From Ginglymostoma cirratum (lineage: Eukaryota): DNA of 64,000 nucleotides. Each line of letters opens with the position of its first letter. Within the stretch, counting starts at the first letter, position 1. Below, in pieces: positions 62,231 to 64,000 of the stretch. Made by a program: the position numbers and the translations under genes. Under the pieces are notes generated by a model, which saw nothing but the letters and a program-made list of their open reading frames with translations, searched no databases and was not told where the DNA came from. The stretch lies in contig JAHRHZ010000051.1 in NCBI GenBank assembly GCA_024137785.1, forward strand, positions 434,001 through 498,000, written 5' to 3'.

Positions 62231-64000
62231 AAAAAAAGACTGATCATGTCAATGCAAACTTTAAAGCGCTGTTTTCTTTTTTGTTTATTTTTGTATATAT
62301 GTCTGATGACTTGTGTATGTTAGCTACAATGTTTGTTTTATATGTTGTATATATGTTTATTAACAGGAGTTTTAAAATTAAGGGAGAGGAGTGATATGTA
62401 TGTAGCTCAAGGTGCTGCCCCATCAAGATAGCTGATTAAGTAACTGGGAGGGGCAGAGTTTGGGTCCAGTCCAGGACTGGCTGTGGAAGTGTGACTATTA
62501 TCAGAGTATCCTTGTTCAGATTTAGCACTTGTCTACTTGGTATGTAATTCCTGTTTCCAAAGGAAGCACCTTGATGACAGTGAAGTTGAGGATGTATATT
62601 TCAGTCATCATTACAGGCCTTGTACAGTAGACTCTCGGTTACCTGGTACTACAAGAAATATTGCTTTATCAGCCAATGTACAGTGTATTAAAAAAACTAA
62701 GCTTTAGTGGTTTCTTACAACAAAATGCATTGTTTATTTATGTTCAGCTGGATTTTCATAATCTAGGCAGGTACACAGAGTCAGGAAAAGCTCACCCACC
62801 TTGGGGACGGGTGCCCACTAAGATGGGATTTTATTCTTAGACCGAAGAGGGTGGGTGCAATGAGAGTGTGTGTGTTCAGTTGTGGGGACCCAAGGAGGCT
62901 GATTTAGTCTGCAGTTGGACCAGCAGACCTGTGAAAGAATTCAAAGGTGGCAGAGTCCAGATATTTAAAAGACCAGCCACAGTGCTGAGAGACTTTATAC
63001 CTTCTCTAACAGGGTAAGTTCTGCTAGCCCTCAACCCTCTTACAATCTCCATGGCCCATGCACATCATTTCATCCTCTCCACCCAGCTCCACGGTGCTTT
63101 ACATCCTCTATGCCAAGCTATATTCCCTACACACACCTCTACCCTTTCCGCAAAAAGCCCTCCATGCCAAACTAGGCCCCACACACACTCCAACAGCCCC
63201 ACATACCCTCTATGACAAGCTATGGCATTTCCATATCCATTCACCCATTGTGTAGAATCAATTAATCATGTGGTGCTAATAGGATATGTTAAAAATGTTC
63301 AACAAAGTTGATTCATTCTGTAGTGATTGTAACAAGGTCAGCCAGATGGATCTTTCCCTGAAATGGAGTTGGTGAGGTTATGTCTGGTCAGGAATGCAGG
63401 GTTTGACCCAAACAGCCTATACTCTTAACTGATCCTGGTGAAAATTGGGAAACCCAGAAACAAGTTTCTGAATCCTGAAATCAAGTCCGGGCTTTCATTT
63501 TCACAGAGTCTCCACAACTCCATTCAGATCCAGCTCATGATGATACATTAAGATAAATGATCTCATGATAGTTCAAGGTGGTGTCGAAACATGGCGACTC
63601 TTTGCGAACTCTCTACAGCAGATCTTCCATATCTTAGAATTGAGTTTTAGAAGAGCAGAATGATTAGAAGTCTGTTAAAATTATTAATAATGTTCTGTAT
63701 CAACCTACTTGCAGGTCTGAAGAATCTACGAGTGACTAGGCCTGATTTCCATGCCCACAAGCAAAGAGTGAACAGAAACCTACCAGCTTCCCTCGGGCCT
63801 GAACTTCCTCACCCCAAGGAAACCCGCAACAGGGGCCCAACCAATCCAGGAATGAAACCTGACCCTGCAGAGACCCGACCCTGAGGAGGCCCACACCAAT
63901 GCCAAGGATGCCTGACCAGCCCACGAATGACACCTGGCCTTGAGGGGACCAGACAATGTGGAGGCCCGATGGGCCCATCAAGTGCACACTGTTATCTCTT

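Larger units (their letters stand above)
57901..62579 (+). mobile_element. Old, internally deleted full-span Gypsy (Mag-like) LTR retrotransposon
   Basis: Diverged LTRs at 57901-58083 and 62392-62579 (TG...CA); TGG after the 5' LTR; purine tract aagggagaggag before the 3' LTR; gag LEPFDEESENWTLYME, protease MEWDVGAVVSLI, RT KINGAVRICGEFK, RNase H NYAQVEKVGLSIIFGIKKF. Confidence 0.85.

Noticed and set aside
63580-63610. YY1-like AACATGGCG motif as an internal promoter
   Set aside because: Single short motif with no CpG island or first-exon evidence

Overview
Eukaryotic, repeat-rich genomic DNA. The repeat families (HE1-type V-SINEs, CR1/HER1-type LINEs, Penelope-like elements) point to a cartilaginous fish, probably a shark. 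The whole window lies inside a minus-strand gene recognisable as RIMS2 (presynaptic active-zone protein RIM2), in the alternatively spliced region between the C2A and C2B domains. Two exons are clearly homologous to known RIMS2 sequence (40908-41014 and 12909-13081), and a 33-nt microexon (56002-56034) fits the same reading frame. The most unusual item is a 357-nt frame-preserving candidate cassette exon (10470-10826). It encodes a 41% Glu segment with a 5-residue Cys repeat and has a branch point and an RBFOX motif upstream. There are also further candidate micro/poison exons, a possible TG 3' splice site, and a 56-bp tandem repeat carrying decoy GTAAGT donors. The introns hold decayed Gypsy, CR1, L2-like, Harbinger and SINE copies, plus many Penelope-like fold-back insertions with target-site duplications and minimal hammerhead-ribozyme cores. 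Exon boundaries were read base by base. Transposon boundaries are approximate, and homology calls rest on recalled sequences, not database searches.
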